A model generated the notes under the pieces. The model saw only the letters and a program-made list of their open reading frames with translations, was not told the DNA's origin and ran no database searches. Of a stretch of DNA of 64,000 nucleotides, positions 42,453 to 53,160 are shown piece by piece. Location: positions 5,809 through 69,808 of IMG/VR virus record IMGVR_UViG_3300007790_000161. One strand, written 5' to 3'. The stretch comes from a virus. Positions within the stretch are counted from its first letter, which is position 1. Every line of letters begins with the position of its first letter. Made by a program: the position numbers and the translations under genes.

Positions 42453-42803
42453 ATGGCAACTACAGTATATACAACCGAAGAGGTCGAGCTTCAGGACGGC
42501 ACAACGGTTACACTTAAGCCACTCACAATTAAGAATCTCCGAAAGTTCATGAAGACTATGGAGGCTTTTGCTGAGGCAGAGACAGAAGAGGATGGTCTTG
42601 AGGTAATGCTCGATTCAGCCGCTCTTTGTTTGAAGACTCAGCGTCCAGAGTTCTGGAATGAGAAGACAAACAAGCACGCCGAAGATTTTGAGGATGCAAT
42701 TGATATTCCAACAATTTACAAGGTTCTTGATGTCTGCGGAGGTATTAAGTTGAACGACCCAAATCTTCTAGCGGCGGCAGCGGAGGCTCTTGGGAAGAAC
42801 TGA
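42453..42803 (+). CDS. tail assembly chaperone (G)
   Basis: Position between the major tail and tape measure genes. Confidence 0.8.
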   Translation: MATTVYTTEEVELQDGTTVTLKPLTIKNLRKFMKTMEAFAEAETEEDGLEVMLDSAALCLKTQRPEFWNEKTNKHAEDFEDAIDIPTIYKVLDVCGGIKLNDPNLLAAAAEALGKN

Positions 42804-43099
42804 ACCTCGCCCAACTAGAGGCAGAGGCTTTTCTCCTAGGTCACTGGAAAAACTTCGATGAGATTGAGGAATCCCTCAGTCTAGAAGAGCTTCAAGCTAT
42901 TCTTGAAGCCGCAAGAGAAAAAGAGTATAGAGGACAAAGATTTGCAGCAGCTCTAAAGGGTATCGACCTTGATGAAAAGGTCGGTAAGACAGATACTTCA
43001 TTTGATGATGTGAAGAGACGTGCAGAGGCTAAATTGCACGGGGTATCCGAGGAAGAGTTGGAGTTCGCTGATATTGGCATTGCAGTAATTGAAGAATAA
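42758..43099 (+). CDS. tail assembly chaperone -1 frameshift extension (GT)
   Basis: Slippery heptamer C CCA AAT at 42758-42764; the -1 frame is open from 42749 to 43099 (WEELNLAQLEAEAFLLGHWKNF...). Confidence 0.72.
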   Translation, partial: PKSSSGGSGGSWEELNLAQLEAEAFLLGHWKNFDEIEESLSLEELQAILEAAREKEYRGQRFAAALKGIDLDEKVGKTDTSFDDVKRRAEAKLHGVSEEELEFADIGIAVIEE

Positions 43100-43111
43100 G
43101 GACTGATTGAA

Positions 43112-46100
43112 ATAGAAAATATCCAGATTCGCTTTAGTGGTTCCGCAAACTTTAGAGAAGTTTACGGAGAAGTAACCCGTCTGAACCAGCAGTTGCAGAT
43201 TATGCAGCGTAGCATGGCAGCGGGCGCTTTGTCTATGGCGGATGTCAATACTGCAAGGGCCGGATTTTCACGTGCTGTCAATGATACTGGACAGCTAGCA
43301 ACGCAGGCGGTACGTGCTCGCACAGAAATGTCAATGCTTACTGAGGCAATTACAAAGCAAGACCTCAGTTTCCGACAGTCTATGCGAGTACGTTCGCAGT
43401 TCAATAACATTCTGAGAGAACAGTATCAGCTTCAGAGAGCTACTGCTGTACAGTGGACTCAAAGCACAAATGGCCGAATGACGGCTGACCTTATCGTTCC
43501 CCGCACTGCCACAGCCGCAATGAATGCCTACACAGGTTCAATTGCGGCTAATTCTCGTGCTCTAATTACCAATATTGGTAACATGGCCGAATGGTCAGCA
43601 GCCGCACGGGTTATGCAGATGAGAGTCGGACTTGCTTCGGCAGCAATGGTAGCTTCATCAGAGGCAATGATTAAGTGGGGTAAGAATACTCAGTGGGCTG
43701 GTCGTCAGCTCATGGTTGGTTTCACAGTTCCTCTCATGGCTTTTGGTGCGGTTGCTGGTAAGGCCGCCTACGATGTAGATTCAGCAATGACCCGTATTCA
43801 GAAGGTTTATGATACAACTGCTACTTCTGTGGCGGGTAAGCAGCGAGAGCTTGACATGCTTCGCTCCGAGTCAATGAGTATGGCTACTCAGGTTGCTAAG
43901 AAGTATGGCCAGGCTGTCAAGGATACTCTGGACATTGAAGCTCAGCTAGCCGCTACTGGTCTTAAGGGTCAGGAGCTACAGCAATCTACTGTAGCTGTTA
44001 CCCGAGCCGCAACTCTCGGTGAGCTTGACCGACAGGATGCCATTAAAGCTACCATTTCTGTTCAGTCAGTTTACAACGAAGAATGGAAGAAGACCGGCGG
44101 TATTGCAAAGAATACAGCCGAAGCTTTTGATTACATGAATGCTATGGAAAACGCAACAAGCCTTTCCATGCAAGACTTTGTAGACGCAATTCCTAGAGGT
44201 GCTGGAGTTCTTAAGGGACTCGGCGTTGGCCTTAAGGAAATGGGTCCACTCCTTGTTGCTCTAAAGCAGCAGGGTATTTCTGCGGCTGAGGGTATGAATG
44301 GTCTACGTTCATCTGCACAGAGACTTCTATTGATTACTCCACAGGCAGAAGAAATGTGGAGCAAGTACCTTCCAGATGGTGGTAAGCTACAGAGCCTTGT
44401 TGATTCAACAGAGGGCCAATTCATTCCTACCCTACAGAAGATGGCAGATGCTATGGAAGGTCTTAAGCCTTACCAGCGTCAGCAGATTCTAACCAAGGTA
44501 TTCAACGTTTATCAGAACAACAAGATGCTAGCTGTTCTTGACGGTCTTACGAATAAGACTGGTCAGGTAGCGACTGCTTTTAAGGTAATGGAAAAGGACG
44601 CTGCTGCAAATGCACTAACCGCACAGCAAGAGCTTGACAGGATGGCTGAATCAGCTTCGGGTAAGTTCAAGCGAGCCCTTGAGGGGCTTAAGGCTCAGAT
44701 GGCCGAACTTGGAGAGCCTTTCCTTGAGGCAGCTTCGGAGATTATTGGATTCATTTCCAAGCTTGTTGATTTCTTTAATGCTATGCCGGGACCTCTAAAG
44801 AAGTTCTTCTCATATATGGTCCTATTCGGTGCCATTGTTGGTCCTATCATTATGCTTGTCGGTTTGTTTGCTAACTTGATTGGTAACATCTTCAAGCTTG
44901 CCGGAAGTGTTGGAGTTCTCCTTTCAAGATTCCGCCCGCTAACGATGGAGCAGCGTGCACAGCAGTTGCTAGCTAATCAGTCATCTATGGCATGGAATAA
45001 CCAGGCCCGTGCCGCTCAGGCACTTTCTGTACAGCTAGGAATTTTGCAGACACAGCTTGAGCGTACCGCTATCGCTCAGACGAACCTTGTTACTGGTCGT
45101 GGAATTACAGGATTTGGACCTACAACTCCATCAGCTAATGTAATTGGTGGAATTGGTCCAGCAGCACCACCAACAACTCAGAGATATCAGCAGACTGCCA
45201 ATGGTCGTTATCGAGACGTAACCACTGGAAGATTTGTAAGTGCGGCTGAAGCGAACGCTTATGCTCAGGCTCAGGCAGCGGCAGCTAGGTCATCTGCACA
45301 GACTGCTGCTAATTCTACAACAACTCAGAGAAACTGGGGTAGAATTGCTACTTCTGTTGGTGTAGCTGGAGCCGGTGTTGCCCTATTTGCGGCGGCTGCC
45401 GATGATTCCGGAAAGATTATGAATTACCTTAGCATGGCATTGCTATCAGCTTCATTGCTTGGTCCAATGCTTGTTAGGGCATTTCGTAATGCCGGAATCG
45501 CCGCTGCTGCATCCAATGTTGCTACAATGTTTGGGACTGGTGCAAGAGCTGGTTCAATTGCCGGACGTGGTGGTGCTGGAAGGCTTGCCTCTGGATTGAG
45601 TGCTGCTCTTCCCGCCGCTGGACGACTTGGAATGCTTATTGCTAGATTCGCAGGTCCAGCCGGTCTTTTGGCTACTGGTGCATACATGGCTTTCAAGCTT
45701 TATGGAAACATGAAGAAGGGTATTGAGACTCAGAAGAGAATCAATGAATCTGCAAAGGATTGGGCCGACGTTCTTGGATTCGTTTATTCTGAGGCTGGTC
45801 AGGTTACTGACCAGGAAGGTAAGACTCAGAGCACCCTTGATGCTCAGGTTTCTAAGCTGAAGGAAAAGAACAAGCAGCTTGTAAAGAGTCTTCAGCTTGC
45901 TAAGGCTGCCGGTGATGAAGAGAAGGCAATCAATCTAGCTATTGCTGAGGGACTAAAGGTTCGTAATCACGGTGGTTCAGCTATCGATGCAATGAATGCA
46001 GCAAAGCTATCACTTCGTGCCGCTGGATACAAGTCTCAGGAAATTGCCGAGATGGTTGTTAAGATTAAGGCTCAGGTTGATTTTGAAGATGCCAAGAGCA

Positions 46101-49100
46101 CTCTTGACAGGCAAATGGAAGAATTCAAGACTACCTTTAATAAGGTTGCCAACAACAAGTTTGGTCAGGGAACTTGGGAGGGTCTAGGTCGTGCATTCTC
46201 TGGACGTGGAGAAATCAATAATAATGCTGCTGAAAAGGGTAAGGGTATGGCCAATGAATTCTGGACGGGATTCCAGAAGGAGACCGACCTTGCCTCTCGA
46301 AAGAATTACTTTGACAAGTTCTACGCTCAGATTGCTAGGGAGCAGAAGGTAGCTTGGGGACGCCTAGGAAATGACAATAGAGAAGACCTAAAGAAGGTTG
46401 GTATTGAGTCATGGGAACAGTTTGCTGAGGCTTATCGTGATGCTCAAGAACAGACTCCAGCAGAATTCCGCATGAAGTGGGGTGCTGGTGACCAAGAGCA
46501 GGCGCAAAAGGTTTTGCAGGCTCTTCGTGGTCTAGGTGGAGAAACAACTCGATACGCAGAAAAGCACATTGATGCAGAGCGGTTTATTGCACGTGAGATT
46601 GCCAAGAAGAACAACATGTCAGAGGAAGATATCAAGAATGTTCATACTCTAAAGGATTTGTATGGTCAGCTTGATATGGCAACAATGACTGTTGCTCAGG
46701 CTCAGGACGCTTATGCAAATGCTATGATGCAGGCTTCTTATCACATGGGTGATATGAGTAAGAAGGAGAAGGAAGCTTACACGCTAAAGATTCTCAATCA
46801 GTATCGTGTAGCTGCTGGTCTAAGCAAGGCCAAGACTTCTGAGCAGGGATTTAAGGATTCTGTTGACAAGAGCACCAAGTCTTTGCTTGATAATGCCGAT
46901 GCTGCTGAAGAGGCTGCTGCTTCTGCTGATGATTGGAATGGTGCACGTCAGAAGGCATTCTCTGGTGCTCAGGACTATGTTTTGCAGGAAGCTGACAGTA
47001 TTTGGCAGGAGCGCGCTGATGCGGAAATTCAGGGAATTGAAGACCGTGGTCAGCGTCGTGAAGATGCTCTAGATGCTGCTGCTGAAAGACAGGAAAAGCG
47101 TTTTGATAATCGTCAAGAGGCTGCTGATAAGCGATTTGATAAGCGTTCCAAGGCTTTGGATAAGCGTTGGGACAATATCATGGAAAACTTCGATAATAGA
47201 TGGGATACCCGTCTAAAGAAGGAAGAAGCCGCTTACAACAAGAAGATTGACAATATCAAGAAGGCTATTGAGGCTGAGGAAAAGGCTGAAGAAAAGCGCC
47301 AGAAGATTTTCGAGGCAGAAAAGACACGTCTCGAAAGAATGGCGCAGATGGCCAATTCTCAGATTGATTTCAATGTCGCTGTCAATACAGGTAATCTTGA
47401 TGAGGCTGCTAAGATTGCTAACAACATGCAGTCAACCGAGGCTGGATGGTCCCTTGACGATGCTGCTGCATCAAGCCAGACTGCTTCAGACGCTCGTAAG
47501 GAAAAGATGGAGGGTCAGATTAACTCTCTTGAAAAGGCCCGAGACAAGCGTTTGGAAGACCTTAAGAAGATTGAAGAGGCTGAAAGAAAGGCTCTTGAGG
47601 CAAAGAAGGTCCGTGAGCAGGAAGCCCTTCAGGCTGAACGTGAGCGTTACAATAAGGCTCTAGAGGCTGAAAGAGAGCGTTATCGTAAGGGTATTGAGGC
47701 TCAGAAGAAGGCTATTCAGGAGCAGACCAGACGAGACACTGAAGCTAAGCGCAAGGAACTTGAGAGAATGAAGAAGACTCTTGAGCTTGAGCTTTTGGCT
47801 GTCCGTGCATCAATTCCTCGTAACAAGAAGGAATACCAGAAGCAGATTTCTACAATTGAAGAGCTTTACAAGAAGTACGGAGTAAATCTTAAGACTCAGG
47901 GTAACAAGTGGGCAAACACTGTTGGAGATGCCCTAACCAAGCATGTCAAGGAAGCGTCTGCTGACATTCAGAATAAGATTGCTTGGGGAACTGTTGCCAA
48001 CAAGGTAACCCAGAGCATGGTTGATGGTGGATTTAATCTTTCAACCTCACAGTTCATGAAGTGGGTTACTACTGGTGAGCTTCCTAAGAATTACAAGGCT
48101 CCAGGAAAGCCAAAGACACGTCACACTGGTGGTCCGGTAAACGGTTCATCAAAGTACGACAACCGTGGTGGTCGTCATTGGGGTGCAGGAATGCGCCGAG
48201 ACGAGTCTATGATGCTTCTAAAGAACGACGAATACGTTCTTAATGGAAAGGCTCACAAGGCCCTTGGAACAAGAAATCTTGACAAGCTAAACCAGACTGG
48301 TGGAAGATATGGTATTGGTGGTGCTTCTGATGGCCTAGGTCTACTTGGTGTATTCGCGGCGGGTATGGAAGGTATGTATGAAGCTGCTGCCGATATGGCA
48401 ATTCAGGCTGCCGGAAACAATGCTATGGGATTTGGTATTGACGGAATGGGAATTCCAGGTCAGGCAGGAATGTATGGCGGAATCAAGCTGAATTCTGAGC
48501 AGATGAAGAATGCCGCAACCATTATCGGTGTTGGTAAGGGAATGGGAGCAACAACATCCGACCTTGTTGTTTCTATTATGACTGCTATGCAGGAGTCAAC
48601 TCTTAGAAACCTCCGATATGGTGACCGTGACTCTCTTGGTCTATTCCAGCAGCGTCCTTCACAGGGTTGGGGTACTCCTGAGCAGATTCTAAATCCTTCA
48701 TATGCCGCTCGCAAGTTCTTTGAGGGCTTGCTTGCAATGAAGGGACGACACAAGCTAAGTCTAACTCAGCAGGCGCAGGCAGTCCAGCGCTCTGCATTCC
48801 CAGACGCTTATGCAAAGTGGCAAGCAATGGCTCAGCAGGTTGTTGCTGCTACCGGATTCCAGCCATTTGGCGGGGTTGGTAGTGGAAAGAAGCAGCGTCC
48901 TGTAAGTTCAGCAGTTTATCGTTCATATGCTAACCACACAAATACTCCTAGAGGTACTGACTTTGCCTCTCCTGTAGGAACACCCGTACGTTCTGCGATG
49001 AATGGTATGGTTACTGTTTCCAAGGACCTTCGTGGACCAGGAGGATATTATTCATATGGTAAGTACATTGCTGTTGAAGGAAATGGCGAGAAGACATTGT

Positions 49101-49516
49101 ATGCTCACCTTTCTGGAAGAAATGTTAGGGCAGGTCAGCAAGTCCGTGCGGGTCAGCTAATTGGTTACTCTGGTAACACAGGTAATTCATCTGGACCTCA
49201 CCTTCACTTTGAGACATGGCGTGGGGGAAGAACAGTTTCCCCAGGTGCGTTTGGTATTCCTGGAATGAAGACCGGTGGCTTTACCTTGAATGATGGTTTG
49301 GCGATGCTTCACAAGAATGAAACAGTCCTTACAGCCCCACTTTCAGAGCAGCTTAAGTCTGGAATTCAGAATATTGACCAGGGTGTAAACAATGAGTACA
49401 ATGTAAGTATTACATTTGCTGGCCCTGTCAATTCAGAACTAGACATTGAGCGTGCCGTAACAAAGGCTATTAACAAGCGAGAAAGTAAGCTAGGACGAAA
49501 TAGGAGTATCACATGA
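43112..49516 (+). CDS. tape measure protein with C-terminal transglycosylase-like and M23 peptidase domains
   Basis: More than 2100 aa, Ala-rich and helical; QES...GLFQQ and YAHL...HLHFE motifs. Frame is open from 43100; the ORF track start is TTG 43193. Confidence 0.93.
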   Translation: MENIQIRFSGSANFREVYGEVTRLNQQLQIMQRSMAAGALSMADVNTARAGFSRAVNDTGQLATQAVRARTEMSMLTEAITKQDLSFRQSMRVRSQFNNILREQYQLQRATAVQWTQSTNGRMTADLIVPRTATAAMNAYTGSIAANSRALITNIGNMAEWSAAARVMQMRVGLASAAMVASSEAMIKWGKNTQWAGRQLMVGFTVPLMAFGAVAGKAAYDVDSAMTRIQKVYDTTATSVAGKQRELDMLRSESMSMATQVAKKYGQAVKDTLDIEAQLAATGLKGQELQQSTVAVTRAATLGELDRQDAIKATISVQSVYNEEWKKTGGIAKNTAEAFDYMNAMENATSLSMQDFVDAIPRGAGVLKGLGVGLKEMGPLLVALKQQGISAAEGMNGLRSSAQRLLLITPQAEEMWSKYLPDGGKLQSLVDSTEGQFIPTLQKMADAMEGLKPYQRQQILTKVFNVYQNNKMLAVLDGLTNKTGQVATAFKVMEKDAAANALTAQQELDRMAESASGKFKRALEGLKAQMAELGEPFLEAASEIIGFISKLVDFFNAMPGPLKKFFSYMVLFGAIVGPIIMLVGLFANLIGNIFKLAGSVGVLLSRFRPLTMEQRAQQLLANQSSMAWNNQARAAQALSVQLGILQTQLERTAIAQTNLVTGRGITGFGPTTPSANVIGGIGPAAPPTTQRYQQTANGRYRDVTTGRFVSAAEANAYAQAQAAAARSSAQTAANSTTTQRNWGRIATSVGVAGAGVALFAAAADDSGKIMNYLSMALLSASLLGPMLVRAFRNAGIAAAASNVATMFGTGARAGSIAGRGGAGRLASGLSAALPAAGRLGMLIARFAGPAGLLATGAYMAFKLYGNMKKGIETQKRINESAKDWADVLGFVYSEAGQVTDQEGKTQSTLDAQVSKLKEKNKQLVKSLQLAKAAGDEEKAINLAIAEGLKVRNHGGSAIDAMNAAKLSLRAAGYKSQEIAEMVVKIKAQVDFEDAKSTLDRQMEEFKTTFNKVANNKFGQGTWEGLGRAFSGRGEINNNAAEKGKGMANEFWTGFQKETDLASRKNYFDKFYAQIAREQKVAWGRLGNDNREDLKKVGIESWEQFAEAYRDAQEQTPAEFRMKWGAGDQEQAQKVLQALRGLGGETTRYAEKHIDAERFIAREIAKKNNMSEEDIKNVHTLKDLYGQLDMATMTVAQAQDAYANAMMQASYHMGDMSKKEKEAYTLKILNQYRVAAGLSKAKTSEQGFKDSVDKSTKSLLDNADAAEEAAASADDWNGARQKAFSGAQDYVLQEADSIWQERADAEIQGIEDRGQRREDALDAAAERQEKRFDNRQEAADKRFDKRSKALDKRWDNIMENFDNRWDTRLKKEEAAYNKKIDNIKKAIEAEEKAEEKRQKIFEAEKTRLERMAQMANSQIDFNVAVNTGNLDEAAKIANNMQSTEAGWSLDDAAASSQTASDARKEKMEGQINSLEKARDKRLEDLKKIEEAERKALEAKKVREQEALQAERERYNKALEAERERYRKGIEAQKKAIQEQTRRDTEAKRKELERMKKTLELELLAVRASIPRNKKEYQKQISTIEELYKKYGVNLKTQGNKWANTVGDALTKHVKEASADIQNKIAWGTVANKVTQSMVDGGFNLSTSQFMKWVTTGELPKNYKAPGKPKTRHTGGPVNGSSKYDNRGGRHWGAGMRRDESMMLLKNDEYVLNGKAHKALGTRNLDKLNQTGGRYGIGGASDGLGLLGVFAAGMEGMYEAAADMAIQAAGNNAMGFGIDGMGIPGQAGMYGGIKLNSEQMKNAATIIGVGKGMGATTSDLVVSIMTAMQESTLRNLRYGDRDSLGLFQQRPSQGWGTPEQILNPSYAARKFFEGLLAMKGRHKLSLTQQAQAVQRSAFPDAYAKWQAMAQQVVAATGFQPFGGVGSGKKQRPVSSAVYRSYANHTNTPRGTDFASPVGTPVRSAMNGMVTVSKDLRGPGGYYSYGKYIAVEGNGEKTLYAHLSGRNVRAGQQVRAGQLIGYSGNTGNSSGPHLHFETWRGGRTVSPGAFGIPGMKTGGFTLNDGLAMLHKNETVLTAPLSEQLKSGIQNIDQGVNNEYNVSITFAGPVNSELDIERAVTKAINKRESKLGRNRSIT

Positions 49517-49914
49517 TTTTGACACTTCCTCGCCCGCGCCTAATGCGCTGGAATGGAAATGCGATTACAGACCATAATCGTCAGCCACTAAACATTGATG
49601 TCGAGAGGCTTGAGAAGAAGCAAAGAATGGCTAATGGAACTTTGAGAAAGTACATTGTAGCCGATAAGCGCAACTTCTCAACCTCTTGGCAGATGCTTCC
49701 AAAGCTGTCTAATCAGACTGCTGATGGATTTTGGGGTGCTGACGCAATTGAACAGTTTTACAATACAGTCAGTGGTTCATTTAATCTTGAATTGACTGAT
49801 GGTGATGGTGAAGTTTACGATTTCACTGTTATGTTTTCAGATTTCTCAAAGACAATTTCCAAGCGTGGAAGTGTGGATTTTTGGGAAGTCTCTGTAAGTA
49901 TGGAAGAGGTATAA
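49513..49914 (+). CDS. minor tail (distal tail-like) protein
   Basis: Follows the tape measure gene; RMANGTLRKY motif. Confidence 0.72.
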   Translation: MILTLPRPRLMRWNGNAITDHNRQPLNIDVERLEKKQRMANGTLRKYIVADKRNFSTSWQMLPKLSNQTADGFWGADAIEQFYNTVSGSFNLELTDGDGEVYDFTVMFSDFSKTISKRGSVDFWEVSVSMEEV

Positions 49915-49915
49915 C

Positions 49916-52900
49916 ATGCAGAGTTCAACATCGTTTCTTCAGAACGCACTGAAGCAGGGTGAAGACCTCCGTCCATTAGTCAGAGTAATTGCTGAATGGA
50001 ACCATAATAGGTACACGACAGTTACGACGGTAGATAATTACCAGTACCCTGAAAAGGACAATGGGTACGACCTTGACATGTATCCAATCGAGACCATCAT
50101 TGACCCCGTTCGTCCAACGGCAGGGTTGCTTAAGGCTCGTGCTGGAGAAGGTGCCGTTGTGCAAGGATACGCTGACACGGTTCGTGGATATAGAACCTAT
50201 ACAGCGGACCCAGATGCAAAGTACAAGTATTGGACGAGTCCAGCTCAGGCTAACACAACGCCATATTCGGGCGGTGGCTACACGCTGCCTGAACCAGTTA
50301 GACCTCACATTGTATATGCTAGTCCAGTAGTAACAAACAAGATTTATATTTGTGTCGAGAATTCTTGGGCACGTCCACAGAAGTATGATATTCAGATTAC
50401 TACGAATGGAACCACTTGGACTACGGTAGCTTCTGACATTGTTACTAATGACAAGGGTCAGGTCATTCTTTACTTGCAGAACAATGGTACATGGTCATCA
50501 ACAAAGAACCTAAACAATGTAACATCAATTAGAGGAATTAAGCTCGATGTTAAGTCCATGAATAGAAACAATTCATGGTTCAATCTCATCGAGCTAGGAG
50601 CACGCCTTGAAAAGGATTTGTCTGATAGAGTAATCGATTTTTCGGTTAACAATGAAATGGGAGATTCTGATTTCATTACGCCAATTGGTGCCGTTAGCTC
50701 GAATACTGCAAACATCAGTCTATCTAATATTGATGGAATTTTTAATTACGACAATGCATCTTCACCATACAGGGGTTTGATTGACGCCAACACAAAGTTT
50801 ACAATTGATTTTGGTGTTGATGTTTCTAGCTGGGGTGGCTCTGGAGTCGAGTACATTAGAGTTGCGACAATGTATGCAGAAGTTTGGGGCGGTGGAGAAG
50901 AGCAGATTGAAGTATCCCTAAAGGATGCCTCAAAGTTTCTTCAGGAAGTAAAGCCTCTGCCAGAACTTATGCAGGATGTCACAATTGGCATGGCAATCTG
51001 GAGAATGCTTGATTCTGTCGGGTTTATTGATTATGAATATACAAGGTCGGCAGAGATTGCTTCTAATAAGATTCCATTCTTTTGGACGGATGACGAGAAA
51101 ACTGTTTGGGATAATATTCAGGACCTTTGTAAGGTAACTCAGTCGGCTGCGTATTTCGATGAGCACGGAATTCTTCAAATTAAGACAAGAGACTCAGCTT
51201 TCAATAAGTCTGCTCCAGTGTCATGGACATTTGATTACGCTCAGAATGGTTCAAAGATGCCAGACATCGTTGACCTTGATGTCGGAAGCAGCTATGAGGC
51301 AAATAAGGTAACCGTCAAGTATCAGACAACAACCCTAGCACAAGATGCTCAGGGCCGTCCAATTTCTGAGGTTATCTGGCAGCCAGACGATACAATCACA
51401 TTGCGCAGCTCAGCTTTGACTACGGCAATGACAAAGACAGATACCCGTTTTTGGATTGACAAGAAGGATGTCACATCATGGCCTTACGAGGGTATGATGA
51501 ACATTCGCGGTGAGCTAATCAGGTATAAGGGTAAGGGATACAGATACTATCCAAAGGGTGGTTCTTACACCGGAAACATTGATAATGATACTGTTTTCAA
51601 GGTAATTTACAGTAGCGATGAGAAGTTGCAGATTGACAATGAGCTATCTAGTGAATTCCACGGATGGAGAAATTATTTCACTGGATATATCCGAGTGGAA
51701 GAGCGCGGCTTTGATAAGACTGCTCCAACAGACCATCCGCTAGTTCAGAATGTCTGGTTGACCAACGGTTCATACTTCGGTTTGACTGGTGGAACGCAGA
51801 AGCTCTGGAATGGCGGAACCAAGTTCATGCCAACAGACTCCATTCTGCGCCTTCAGTCTACAGGAAAGAAGGCTGGTGGAAGTCATTGGTACACCGCCCG
51901 CCGTGGCGCATGGACTGGTGAATCTCCAAAGTTTATTGGTACCAGAATGAAGTTCCCTTCAAATCCGAAGGGTAAGCACACTGCTGCCGGAATTTGGGTT
52001 TGGGGAAATACAGCTCAGAACAACATGTATGGAATCGATATCAAATGTACAAAAAACATTGACCGAAAGACTCATAATGAGGTTCGAGTAATTAAGCGTG
52101 TTGGTGGAAAGGTATACAACATTGGTGGAAAGGGAGCCACTGTAGCAGTTGACTACAATAAGTGGTACGACATTGATGTTGTTGTTACCAGCACTGCTAG
52201 ATTTACTGTTTATATCAACGGCGTAAAGGTTCTTAATGTAATGGATGGTGCTGATGGAAATGGTGGTGACCTGCCGATTTCAGGACGCGCTGGACTTTAT
52301 GTTAGAGGAGATTGTGTTGCTGATTTCGAATACTTCTACATGATGGCAGATGGTGGAATTCAGGAAACCGACCTTGACAATTCTTCATACCTTGATTTGA
52401 TTCGCGGCGGGTACTACTCAAATCAGTATTACCGGGACTTTGTAACACGAACAAGAGTGGTACAGAAGCGTAGAGGAAAGAAGACTGTAAAGCAGGAACT
52501 TTGGTATGACCAGCGCTACTTTGATGAATTTGGTCAGCAGGTTCATGAATATAGACCTTACGATATCACTTTTGATAAGAAGCCAGTTTTGTATTCTAGC
52601 CTATATGTAAGTAATGATTCTCAGGTAGTTATTGATGAATATGTCCATAATCCATTTGGAGCACATTTCATCATCGCCAACGCTTCAAGAATCAACTCTG
52701 TGGTAAACGGAGAAGACACCCTGACCTATGGTGCTGACAATCCGGTGGACCAGAAGATTATGATTACTGGTCGTACTATCCAACAAGCAGAGGCAAAGGA
52801 TTATGAAGTCAAGAATGAACAGGCTATTCGTGCTCGGGGAGAGATTTCACTAGAATTCTCTTCTGGATGGATTCAGTCAGAATCAGCAGCAAAGGCTCTT

Positions 52901-53116
52901 GGTGACTGGATTGTCGCAAACTGGTCTCAGCCATGTGACGAAGTTCAGATGGAGGTTTTTGGTAATCCGCTTATCCAAATTGGAGATGTGGTAGCTATCA
53001 ATTATCCGCCAAAGAATATGTCTGCATCAACGCATAAATACTTCGTTATCGGTGTTGACCAGGCTTGGGACAATGGCTTGACAACCAATCTGACTCTTAG
53101 AAGAGCCAGAATTTAA
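49916..53116 (+). CDS. minor tail (hub) protein
   Basis: 1066 aa; AYFDEHGILQ, GNPLIQIGDVV and position. Confidence 0.78.
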   Translation: MQSSTSFLQNALKQGEDLRPLVRVIAEWNHNRYTTVTTVDNYQYPEKDNGYDLDMYPIETIIDPVRPTAGLLKARAGEGAVVQGYADTVRGYRTYTADPDAKYKYWTSPAQANTTPYSGGGYTLPEPVRPHIVYASPVVTNKIYICVENSWARPQKYDIQITTNGTTWTTVASDIVTNDKGQVILYLQNNGTWSSTKNLNNVTSIRGIKLDVKSMNRNNSWFNLIELGARLEKDLSDRVIDFSVNNEMGDSDFITPIGAVSSNTANISLSNIDGIFNYDNASSPYRGLIDANTKFTIDFGVDVSSWGGSGVEYIRVATMYAEVWGGGEEQIEVSLKDASKFLQEVKPLPELMQDVTIGMAIWRMLDSVGFIDYEYTRSAEIASNKIPFFWTDDEKTVWDNIQDLCKVTQSAAYFDEHGILQIKTRDSAFNKSAPVSWTFDYAQNGSKMPDIVDLDVGSSYEANKVTVKYQTTTLAQDAQGRPISEVIWQPDDTITLRSSALTTAMTKTDTRFWIDKKDVTSWPYEGMMNIRGELIRYKGKGYRYYPKGGSYTGNIDNDTVFKVIYSSDEKLQIDNELSSEFHGWRNYFTGYIRVEERGFDKTAPTDHPLVQNVWLTNGSYFGLTGGTQKLWNGGTKFMPTDSILRLQSTGKKAGGSHWYTARRGAWTGESPKFIGTRMKFPSNPKGKHTAAGIWVWGNTAQNNMYGIDIKCTKNIDRKTHNEVRVIKRVGGKVYNIGGKGATVAVDYNKWYDIDVVVTSTARFTVYINGVKVLNVMDGADGNGGDLPISGRAGLYVRGDCVADFEYFYMMADGGIQETDLDNSSYLDLIRGGYYSNQYYRDFVTRTRVVQKRRGKKTVKQELWYDQRYFDEFGQQVHEYRPYDITFDKKPVLYSSLYVSNDSQVVIDEYVHNPFGAHFIIANASRINSVVNGEDTLTYGADNPVDQKIMITGRTIQQAEAKDYEVKNEQAIRARGEISLEFSSGWIQSESAAKALGDWIVANWSQPCDEVQMEVFGNPLIQIGDVVAINYPPKNMSASTHKYFVIGVDQAWDNGLTTNLTLRRARI

Positions 53117-53160
53117 TCTGATATTTGACTTTCACTTGACCGAAAGATATAATTATCAAT

